This document shows positions 19,497 to 28,165 of a DNA stretch of 64,000 nucleotides, one piece after another (position 1 is the first letter of the stretch; the number at the start of each line of letters is the position of its first letter). The position numbers were made by a program, and so were the translations under genes. This DNA comes from Candidatus Poribacteria bacterium. Lineage in GTDB: Bacteria > Poribacteria > WGA-4E > WGA-3G. The stretch is taken from the NCBI GenBank assembly GCA_963665235.2, contig CAXXLX010000002.1:384001-448000 (forward strand). Direction: 5' to 3'. Under the pieces are notes generated by a model. It was not told where the DNA came from, made no database searches, and worked only from the letters and a program-made list of their open reading frames with translations.

Positions 19497-20285
19497 ATGA
19501 ACCAGCATTTATCGGTCGAAACACCAGAACAGATTGAACTCAACTTCCAGCGAGCAGGTATAGGGACGCGGTTTTATGCGGCACTCATAGATACGGCTTT
19601 GCTGTCTCTCATTATATTTGGGGGTGCCTATATAATTCGGGTGATAATAATTGACCTTGATGGTTTCATTGGGAATTGGCTCGGTGCGGTGAGTGCTGTC
19701 ATTGTTTTCGCACTGACTTGGGGCTACTATATGGTATTTGAAATTACAACGAATGGCCAGTCGCCCGGGAAAATGGCATTGGGCATCCGAGTTATCAAAG
19801 AGGGTGGGTATCCTATCAATTTCTCCGACTCGGCAGTCCGAAATTTGGTCCGAATCGTCGATTTTCTACCGTTCTGTTACGGAATCGGTCTGTTTTGCAT
19901 GTTGCTAAATAAAAACTGGCAGCGGTTAGGCGACTTAGCTGCTGGCACGCTCCTTGTGAAGGTGACGCGCTCAGAAATTGGCACTACCGTTTCCGAAGCC
20001 ACAGCAAACGTCCAGGTCAGCGACAGTCAGCCCAGGACGTATCTCTATGCAGAATGGATACAACCCGCGCTCGTCACCGACACTGAATTCGGGGTGATAC
20101 GCGAATATCTCGCTCGACGCCCGAAGCTTTCAACAATTCGCCGCACAGAACTCGCCCGAACTATCGGCAGTCCCCTTGCTCAAAAGATGGGCGGCACCGG
20201 CAGCAATTGGATACGACAAATTCTTAGAGGAGGTCTATGCACTAAAGGTAGCAGAGACCTCCTAACGCTGTTAAGGAATAATTAG
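19497..20285 (+). CDS. RDD family membrane protein (possible frameshift near the 3' end)
   Basis: TPEQI, R..AALID, GQSPGK, RNLVR..D, QRLGDLAAGT. Confidence 0.85.
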   Translation: MNQHLSVETPEQIELNFQRAGIGTRFYAALIDTALLSLIIFGGAYIIRVIIIDLDGFIGNWLGAVSAVIVFALTWGYYMVFEITTNGQSPGKMALGIRVIKEGGYPINFSDSAVRNLVRIVDFLPFCYGIGLFCMLLNKNWQRLGDLAAGTLLVKVTRSEIGTTVSEATANVQVSDSQPRTYLYAEWIQPALVTDTEFGVIREYLARRPKLSTIRRTELARTIGSPLAQKMGGTGSNWIRQILRGGLCTKGSRDLLTLLRNN

Positions 20286-21203
20286 GTGGAAACCGGTATC
20301 CAAAATCAACCGACTACGCTGCGGCCTCTAGGGTTCGGGGAACTGCTTGATACGACCCTCACTCTATATCGGACGCATCTCCTACGATTTCTCGGTATTG
20401 CCTCCTCCTATTTTACCACTATCGTTGTTGGGTCAGCAATTAGTGTCTTCAAAAGCTCAGGAGGTCAAGATGGGGGGCAAGCAATTTGGATTCCAACAAT
20501 AATCACAATCTTCGGGATTACCGTTATCGTGATTGGGGGACTTATATCGGCAACGTCGCAAGCCTATCTTGAGAACACTATTAGAACGGGGGCTGCACTC
20601 AAGCCGGGAATACGTCGATTTTTTAGTTGTGTTTTCGGTGCCGTCCTTTATGGCTCGCTTGCAATTATCGCCACATTTCTCACTGGGGCATCTTTAGGGG
20701 TTTTCTTTCAAGCCATTCCGATTTTTTTTCTGCTTGCATTCCCAATTTTCGTTTTCATAGTGGTCTATTTCGTAACCGATTGGTTTTTCTTTACCGCTGC
20801 CATTTTAATAGAAGGAAAATCGATGCGGAATGCAGTAAAACGCGGACGCGACTTAATCAGAGGGCGGACGTTTCAAATCGGCGGCACAATGATAGCTATT
20901 TTCCTACTCTATATCGGCATCGGTTTCATCTTCCGTTTCTCCTTAGGCATTTCGCTCACCTTTACCGGACTCACGAACATGACGAATTTGATGCAGGAAT
21001 TTAACTCGCTAATGTTCATCCGACCCCCAGTCATTCAAGGCGAGTTGAGCCTCTCAAATATAGTGTTGTACCTAATTTACTTAAGTGTTGATACCATCAC
21101 GATGCCAATTTGGATTATTGGAGCGACACTTCTCTATTTTGACCAACGTATTCGGAAAGAGGGATTTGATATTGAAATAATGGCGACGCGCCAAGGCGGA
21201 TAG
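20286..21203 (+). CDS. integral membrane protein (RDD-associated family)
   Basis: LRPL..GELLD start, multiple TMs, LLYFD.RIRKEGFD end. Confidence 0.75.
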   Translation: METGIQNQPTTLRPLGFGELLDTTLTLYRTHLLRFLGIASSYFTTIVVGSAISVFKSSGGQDGGQAIWIPTIITIFGITVIVIGGLISATSQAYLENTIRTGAALKPGIRRFFSCVFGAVLYGSLAIIATFLTGASLGVFFQAIPIFFLLAFPIFVFIVVYFVTDWFFFTAAILIEGKSMRNAVKRGRDLIRGRTFQIGGTMIAIFLLYIGIGFIFRFSLGISLTFTGLTNMTNLMQEFNSLMFIRPPVIQGELSLSNIVLYLIYLSVDTITMPIWIIGATLLYFDQRIRKEGFDIEIMATRQGG

Positions 21204-21228
21204 AAAAATGTAGAAACACCCTCCTCAG

Positions 21229-22377
21229 TCAGGAACGCTCCTTATTGCTGATAACCTGTAGCGCGTCCTGAATTTCCGTTATGACTGCCGCATCGGTTTC
21301 ACATGTTAATCGGGTTCGCAAACTCTGTTCAGCCGTTTTCCCACCGATTTGTCCTAATGCCCACGCCGTGTGGCTACGAATTAGCGGTTCATCGTCAGTC
21401 AATGTCTTTTGAAGGGCGGGGACAGCGGCGCGCCCCCTCCAATTTCCGATAGCAACGATAACATTGCGTAAAAACCCGCGCCGTTTTGCACGTTTGATAG
21501 GGCTCCCCTTAAACCTTTTGCTAAACTCAGGCTGCGTCATACCGACCAGCGTCAGCAATTCGGGGGCGAGATTCCCGCTTCGCGGGTAAAATGCCGGTTC
21601 ATTTGTAGGGGAAGCTTTGCTGTTCCAAGGACAGACCTCTTGACAGATGTCACATCCAAAAATGAGGTTGCCCATTTTCGAACGGAGGTGCTGCGGAATA
21701 CTATCCTTCAATTCAATAGTGAGATAGGAGATGCACAGCCTGGAATCCAGTACGTTCGGTTTAATAAACGCATCGGTAGGGCATGCCTCAATACATTTTG
21801 TACACGTACCACAACTGCCCCGAAGCGGTTCCGCTTCAGGCTCCAATTCAATACTCACCAGTACTTCCGCTATAAAGTACCAGGAGCCGGAACGCCAATT
21901 AATCAGGTTGGTATTTTTTCCTATCCAACCGAGTTTCGCTTTCTGGGCATATTCCCTTTCCAAGATGGGGCCCGAATCTACAAAGACACGGCTCTTGAGT
22001 CTACTTTCAGCGGTGTGCTTAATGAATTCAACAAGACGATTGAGACGTTCACGGATAACGTCGTGATAGTCGTCACCCCAGGCGTATCGAGAAATCTGGC
22101 CTCGAGCCGGGTCGCTTGCGTCAGCTGCCGATGGGTCAACGGTATAATAGTTCATTGCGAGACTAATAACAGATTTCGCCTCTTGTAAGAGTCGCCGCGG
22201 GTCGACTTTGAGGGGGAGATGCTTTTCAAGATACCCCATCTTTCCCGCGTATCCATCTTCAATCCACTGTCGGTAAAGTTGAATTGTTTGGCTCTGTTCT
22301 GCTGGTGTAATTCCGACAAGTTCAAAACCGAGCGCGTGTGCGCGATTCTGAATTTGTTCGGTTAACGTGTCGCCCAT
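21229..22377 (-). CDS. queG: epoxyqueuosine reductase
   Basis: YAWGDDYH, GWIGKN, CGTCTKCIEACPT, FGCDICQEVCPWN, HEAT tail. Confidence 0.93.
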   Translation of the reverse strand: MGDTLTEQIQNRAHALGFELVGITPAEQSQTIQLYRQWIEDGYAGKMGYLEKHLPLKVDPRRLLQEAKSVISLAMNYYTVDPSAADASDPARGQISRYAWGDDYHDVIRERLNRLVEFIKHTAESRLKSRVFVDSGPILEREYAQKAKLGWIGKNTNLINWRSGSWYFIAEVLVSIELEPEAEPLRGSCGTCTKCIEACPTDAFIKPNVLDSRLCISYLTIELKDSIPQHLRSKMGNLIFGCDICQEVCPWNSKASPTNEPAFYPRSGNLAPELLTLVGMTQPEFSKRFKGSPIKRAKRRGFLRNVIVAIGNWRGRAAVPALQKTLTDDEPLIRSHTAWALGQIGGKTAEQSLRTRLTCETDAAVITEIQDALQVISNKERS

Positions 22378-22420
22378 TTTTTCCTTTGTTACGGGGTATA
22401 TCAGAGTATGCCTACTCCTT

Positions 22421-23491
22421 TTAACGGCTTTTTGTTCCACGGGGATAAGAGCCCAGAACTTTAACGCTCTGGCAAACCGTCTTAAGTTGGGCGAGCGCGG
22501 CATCCACAGGTTCATCTGCAATATGCCCATCCATATCGGCGAAAAAGATATACTCCCACGCCTTAGAACGCGAAGGGAGGGATTCAATATAGCTGAGGTT
22601 TCGCTGATATTTCTCTAATATGCCCAACACTTCGTATAACGCGCCGACTTTGTCTTTCACAGAAAAAAAGAAGGAGGTGCAATCATCCCCACTTCTGTCG
22701 ACGGTTTCCGTGCCAATCACGAGAAAACGGGTCGTATTATTCGGATTATCCATAATGGAGTCTGCTACTACCGGTACGTGATAAATATCACTTGCGAGTT
22801 TGCTAGCGATTGCTGCAGCATTCGCTTCATTTGCTGCACGTTGTGCTGCCTCTGACGTACTCACAACTTCAACCTGCTCCACCGTTTTCACAAACTGATT
22901 TAGCCACATTCTGCATTGTGCAAAAGGCTGTCGATGTGAGTAGATACGTTGGATTTCTGTGAGAGAAACCCTTGATATCAGGTGGTGCCGAATAGGTTGA
23001 AAAATCTCAGCGCAGATTTTCAGCGGGGTATCTTGAAAACGTTCTAAAACATCCCGGACAGTCCCGTGTATAGAATTTTCTATGGCTACCACGCCGTAGT
23101 CAGCACGTCCAGTTTCCACCTCGGTAAAGATATCGGTCTGCGGCGTAATCGGCAGCATCTGAGCGGAGGTGCCGAAATGGACTAAGCTTGCAGTGTGTCC
23201 GAAACTTCCAGCAGGACCGAGGAAGGCAACCCGTTCGGGGGCTTGCAAAGCACGAGATGCCGAGAAAATTTCGGTCCAGATTTTCTCCAGGGCAGCGTCG
23301 GGAAATTTACCGCCGTTCTGCGCTTTCAATCGGTTGCGAATTTCGGTTTCACGCTGCGGCGAGTAGATTTCTATACCTGTCCCCGCTTTTACAGAACCGA
23401 CCTGTTTGGCAATATCCGCCCGTTTGTGAAGCAGTGCCAAAATTTCGTCATCTATCTCGTTAAGTTGGTCTCGATATTTCTTAAGTTCCAA
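22421..23491 (-). CDS. pheA: chorismate mutase/prephenate dehydratase
   Basis: N-terminal CM domain, FLGP.GSF, ENS..G, NTTRF, ACT domain. Confidence 0.93.
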   Translation of the reverse strand: MELKKYRDQLNEIDDEILALLHKRADIAKQVGSVKAGTGIEIYSPQRETEIRNRLKAQNGGKFPDAALEKIWTEIFSASRALQAPERVAFLGPAGSFGHTASLVHFGTSAQMLPITPQTDIFTEVETGRADYGVVAIENSIHGTVRDVLERFQDTPLKICAEIFQPIRHHLISRVSLTEIQRIYSHRQPFAQCRMWLNQFVKTVEQVEVVSTSEAAQRAANEANAAAIASKLASDIYHVPVVADSIMDNPNNTTRFLVIGTETVDRSGDDCTSFFFSVKDKVGALYEVLGILEKYQRNLSYIESLPSRSKAWEYIFFADMDGHIADEPVDAALAQLKTVCQSVKVLGSYPRGTKSR

Positions 23492-23675
23492 ATCTTTGAT
23501 GTTCCTTGCCGTTTTGATTGTGACGCATCTTATAGTAGCTCTTATAATTATTTATACACGCGGTGAGAATCGCACGGGCGGGGAGACCCCGCCCCTACAA
23601 GTAATTTATGAGATACGCTCTAATAGCGTAACGGCTCGTACACGACGGGCGATGAATCGCCCTACTACGAACCGA

Positions 23676-23924
23676 CTACTCCCCGTTCAATTCCCTCATA
23701 GCGGCAATCATCTCATCATCTGAGGGATTGTCTTTCACCATCTGAACGAATTCGTCAGGCGTTAGCTTATGTTCCTCCAGGAACATTCTGTCCTGCGGTC
23801 ACGGGTAAATATATTCCCCGATGATGCCAGCCATCTTCGCGTTCGCTTTGTCCGAAATTCTGGCTAACCAAGGAATGCCGCCGATAATCATATCACGGTG
23901 CCGCGGTTTCCAATCGAGAGACAT
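23676..23924 (-). CDS. DUF5069-like protein with in-frame UGA (candidate selenocysteine, residue 42; 82 aa)
   Basis: AGGAGGT RBS; GG..WL.R..DKA.A...G..GEY.YP-TGA-PQD.MFL; frame stays open to TAG at 23676. Confidence 0.75.
23769..23786 (-). promoter_or_regulatory. candidate SECIS hairpin
   Basis: AUGUUCC-UGGA-GGAACAU, 12 nt after the UGA. Confidence 0.6.
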
Positions 23925-23973
23925 CTTTTTCACCTCCTTTAGTAATAGCATAGCAGCATTCGGAGCATGCCTG

Positions 23974-26900
23974 CTATTGGATATTTTCCTCAAGTTGCCC
24001 CAAGGTTTTCCCTAACAATTCAATGTTTCGTCCGTATTCCGCCCAGTCTCCGTTGCGTTGTGCGTTCTGCGCGCTATTATAGTAGACGCTCGCCTGTTTA
24101 ATTAATCCCTGAAACGATGTTTCACCTTCGCTAGGCTCGGTTACCTCAACGGTATCACCGGCGGTAGATGTAGTGGATTCAATTTGGGCACCCGCCCTCT
24201 TCATGAACATCGTTTTAAGTGCCTCATCGAGACTTTCGCCCCAGACGACATCCTCCTCATATCCGATGACAACGCGGCGGAGTTCCGGTATCGCGGTTTC
24301 TTCATCTTCGGACTGAATATAGATGGGTTCCACATAAAGCAGCGAGTTGTTCATTGGCATAATTAAGAGGTTGCCGCGCAGAACACGTGTGCCTTCTGTG
24401 TTCCATAAACTGATTTGCTGCGAAATCTCAGGTTTTTGACTAATAAAGTTTTCAACCTGCATCGGCCCGGGCACCAATTTCCGTTTAGGAAATCGGTAGA
24501 CAAGCAGCTGACCATATTGTGGTAAATCGCATCGAGCGGCGAGCCACGCGATGAGATTCGGTTTGTTCCGAGGGGTATACGGAATCATCAACATAAACTC
24601 TGCCTTCTCTTCCCCCGGAAGCCTGAGCACAACGTAGTAAGGCTCTACTGGCTGCACGTTGCTCGGTGATTTTTGAACAATTGGACGCCGTTGCGCGAAC
24701 GGTGTCGTTGGCTGCGCTGTAACGGGCTGAGTGCTTTGTGCATCCGTGTTGTCATACAGTTCAGTCCCGATTTCCCACTGGTCCTCACCTGCATAAAAGG
24801 TTACCGGGTCTTTCATGTGATAATCTTGATAGATACGTGCCTGTATAAGGAACATTGTCGTTGGATAGCGGATATGCGCTTTCAGTTCAGCGGGCATCTC
24901 CTCGAACGTCTTGAAAAGCTTCGGAAAAATTTTGCGATAGCACTCCGCAATTGGATCTTGTTCCTGTTCAATGAGATAAAAATCAACTGTACCATCGTAA
25001 GCATCAACAACAACCTTCACAGAATTTCGGATGTAATTTCCCCACGATTGGTTATCCCTCCGCTGCATGAATTCCTCCGTAGAAACAGCATACGGGTACC
25101 GGTGCGTGACGGTATACGCATCAATCATCCAGACAAGTTTGCCGTTATAGATAACAGCGTACGGGTCGCCATCGTACCGCAAGAACGGGGCAATTTTAAG
25201 GATGCGCTCCTTGATATTTCGCTTGTAAAGCACACGGCTTTTTGACGTAATTTCACCCGGCAACACAAATTTGATTTCGTTATTAAACTTCAGCATGTAC
25301 ACCAGCTTCCGCCAGAAAGAGGATAGCACAACACCACCTTTACCTTGATAGGCGTAGTCAACGTACTGTTGTCCCTCCTTCGGATAATCAAACTCAAGCT
25401 TTAGCTCGGTACGTTCCGGGTGCACAATGACATACCGATTCGTCCGTTCACCGTAGTAGACACGGGGCCCCGGTTTATCCGGCTCGCCATCAAACCTAAA
25501 CGGCCATTCTGATTCATACTCAATCGGGGGCAATCCTTTAATGTACATATAAGGTTTACCGTTATCGATTTCGTTTACTGGACTGACCACAGCCCCATAA
25601 CCGTGTGTATAGGTATAAGTCTGCTTATACCAATCATTTCTCACAGCCGGCGGGAGGTCCTCTATATTTAGTTCTCGTACAGAGAGCATCACCTGCTGCG
25701 GATCATCTTCAAGCGTATATCTATCAATATCAACATCGAAAAAATCGTACTGTGAACGTAACTCTTGGAGTTGTCTGAAGGTTCGGCGTAGCGGTCGCCA
25801 ATCCCAAAGACGGATACTATTAATGACAGGCTCGTTCTCGGGACTCATTATGTCAGTATATGCAAGCTCCTCTGTCAGTGGATATTCCTCTTCCGTCACA
25901 GTATTATCCTCTAAACCGTAAGCGTGAAGCGTCGCCTTGATATTGTAATTGATATATTTTTCCTCTAACACCTGTTTATTCGGTTCAACCCGCCACGTCT
26001 GTATCAGTTTCGGGTACATCTGACCGAGCAAACCAGCGGCTATAAATATACCCAATGCCCCGAAAGCAAACGTGTTGCGTTTCAGGAAAATGCTCACAAT
26101 CAGAACTATGGCACACACCAAGGTTAGCCAGAAGAGAATATGTAGCACTGGCAGCCGTGCCTGTATTGCAGCGTAACCCCCACCGCCACGCACAACATCG
26201 TTTGAGGTATAGAGAAGGTCATACATTGCAAAGCGGTAGTTCCACATTCGGAAAAGAAGCGTCACACCGCCTAAAGCGAACAGATGTGCTTTCACAGCAG
26301 GGGGGGGTTGAAACCGGAACTCATTTGTGTCGCCTGTTATTAACCCGTGGAAAAAGTAGATAATCAACGCAAAAACTGTCACTAATAGGAACAGACCGAA
26401 AAGCGTTCCGCAGATATATCGCTCCATCGGCATTTTAAACACATAATAGGCAACATCCTTATTAAAAACTGGGTCGCGAGCTGGAGATGTGAAAAACGCT
26501 TTCTGCCCCACCTCTATCTGAACCGGTGTACTCAAACGGATACCGTTTGGCAACATTGCTTCCACACTCCCTGTTTGTTCATTCCCATCAACGTGAACGG
26601 TCACTTCGTCACCGACCTGTATCTTTTTCGCCGCTAATTCTAACGTTGAGACAGGTATTTCAGGGGAATCGAGGTTGTTTTCTACAACAATAGGCGTGGC
26701 AGTGCGGAACATAAGTTCATCGGTATGGGTGTAACGTAAATAGACCTCCCAGCGGGCACTTGCAGCGTAACCCATCAAGATACTATATAAAATAGCAAGA
26801 AGCGCGAGACCCCCATAAATCAGTCTTCGCGTGTCCGGTTGGTCGCCTGTAAACTCTGTCCCTCCCATAAAGGTAGGGCTGAGATGTGCCGGTGTGAACC

Positions 26901-27117
26901 GATAGACCAAGTAGAGGTTAACCGAAAGGATTAGCAGATAGATTACCCCAACAATGGCCCCGACGAAGATTTTGGTCGACAGAATCTTGGTATAAACCCC
27001 AAGGTAGTTCACCATGTCGAACCATAAAAAATCTGGATAAATATTAATCCAAGCGGCAACAATACCAACAAGTACCGCTAAGATTGCGATAGTAATAATA
27101 AAACGTTTTTGAATCAT
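23974..27117 (-). CDS. UPF0182 family membrane protein
   Basis: DPVFNKDVAYYVF, IRLWD, DIDRY, YTHGYG, NYIRNSVK. Confidence 0.92.
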   Translation of the reverse strand: MIQKRFIITIAILAVLVGIVAAWINIYPDFLWFDMVNYLGVYTKILSTKIFVGAIVGVIYLLILSVNLYLVYRFTPAHLSPTFMGGTEFTGDQPDTRRLIYGGLALLAILYSILMGYAASARWEVYLRYTHTDELMFRTATPIVVENNLDSPEIPVSTLELAAKKIQVGDEVTVHVDGNEQTGSVEAMLPNGIRLSTPVQIEVGQKAFFTSPARDPVFNKDVAYYVFKMPMERYICGTLFGLFLLVTVFALIIYFFHGLITGDTNEFRFQPPPAVKAHLFALGGVTLLFRMWNYRFAMYDLLYTSNDVVRGGGGYAAIQARLPVLHILFWLTLVCAIVLIVSIFLKRNTFAFGALGIFIAAGLLGQMYPKLIQTWRVEPNKQVLEEKYINYNIKATLHAYGLEDNTVTEEEYPLTEELAYTDIMSPENEPVINSIRLWDWRPLRRTFRQLQELRSQYDFFDVDIDRYTLEDDPQQVMLSVRELNIEDLPPAVRNDWYKQTYTYTHGYGAVVSPVNEIDNGKPYMYIKGLPPIEYESEWPFRFDGEPDKPGPRVYYGERTNRYVIVHPERTELKLEFDYPKEGQQYVDYAYQGKGGVVLSSFWRKLVYMLKFNNEIKFVLPGEITSKSRVLYKRNIKERILKIAPFLRYDGDPYAVIYNGKLVWMIDAYTVTHRYPYAVSTEEFMQRRDNQSWGNYIRNSVKVVVDAYDGTVDFYLIEQEQDPIAECYRKIFPKLFKTFEEMPAELKAHIRYPTTMFLIQARIYQDYHMKDPVTFYAGEDQWEIGTELYDNTDAQSTQPVTAQPTTPFAQRRPIVQKSPSNVQPVEPYYVVLRLPGEEKAEFMLMIPYTPRNKPNLIAWLAARCDLPQYGQLLVYRFPKRKLVPGPMQVENFISQKPEISQQISLWNTEGTRVLRGNLLIMPMNNSLLYVEPIYIQSEDEETAIPELRRVVIGYEEDVVWGESLDEALKTMFMKRAGAQIESTTSTAGDTVEVTEPSEGETSFQGLIKQASVYYNSAQNAQRNGDWAEYGRNIELLGKTLGQLEENIQ

Positions 27118-27254
27118 GAAGCCTCCGCCTCTTCTGTAGGAGCGAGCTGTGCTCGCGATTCCTTTTATGTTAGGAGCGAGCTGTGCTCGCGACCTCCACT
27201 GTTCCCAAAATGCAAAAATGCCGAAAACTAAATAAATAACTCCGATCTGTGTCT

Positions 27255-28092
27255 AACGCACCCGTAAGTCCGAACAACGTGAAGGGCTGGATATATGGCG
27301 CGTTGGCGATTAGCGATTGGCAATTAGCAATTAGCAAGAGGTTTGTGATGCTAAGAACATATCTGAAGCACGTCAGAGTCCACTTCCGCTTGCTATAGGT
27401 TTCAAATGTGTCCAACACACCCGTAAGCCCGAACAACGTGAAGGATTGGATATATGGCAATTTGGCAATTGGCAATTAGCAATTGGCAATTGGCAAGCGT
27501 TTTTGAAGCAAAACAGGTTTCTGATGTGCTTCAGAGCCCTCTTCCTCTTGCTATAGTTTTCCACTTTGTTTAACGCACCCGTAAGTCCGAACAACGTGAA
27601 GGACTGGGTATATGGCAATTTGGCAATTGGCAATTAGCAATTGGCAATTGGCAAGCGTTTTTGAAGCAAAACAGGTTTCTGATGTGCTTCAGAGCCCTCT
27701 TCCTCTTGCTATAGTTTTCCACTTTGTTTAACGCACCCGTAAGTCCGAACAACGTGAAGGACTGGGTATATGGCGCGTTGGCGATTAGCGATTGGCAATT
27801 AGCAATTAGCAAGAGGTTTGTGATGCTAAGAACATATCTGAAGCACGTCAGAGTCCACTTCCGCTTGCTATAGGTTTCAAATGTGTCCAACACACCCGTA
27901 AGTCCGAACAACGTGAAGGATTGGATATATGGCAATTTGGCAATTTGGCAATTAGCAATTGGCAATTGGCAAGCGTTTTTGAAGCAAAACAGGTTTCTGA
28001 TGTGCTTCAGAGCCCTCTTCCTCTTGCTATAGTTTTCCACTTTGTTTAACGCACCCGTAAGTCCGAACAACGTGAAGGACTGGGTATATGGC
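27255..28092. repeat. 158-159-bp tandem array: six conserved cores with two alternating intervening types (A B B A B)
   Basis: core AACGCACCCGTAAGTCCGAACAACGTGAAGG at 27255, 27414, 27572, 27730, 27889, 28048. Confidence 0.9.
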
Positions 28093-28165
28093 GAAAAACC
28101 TATGCAATCCACTACCCCTTATCAAACCGCAAGGAAATATTAAAAAATCAAACCGCAAGGAAATA

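Noticed and set aside
27255-28092. CRISPR array or protein-coding repeat ORFs
   Set aside because: Inserts are ~114 bp and recur; the overlapping ORFs are translations of the repeat.
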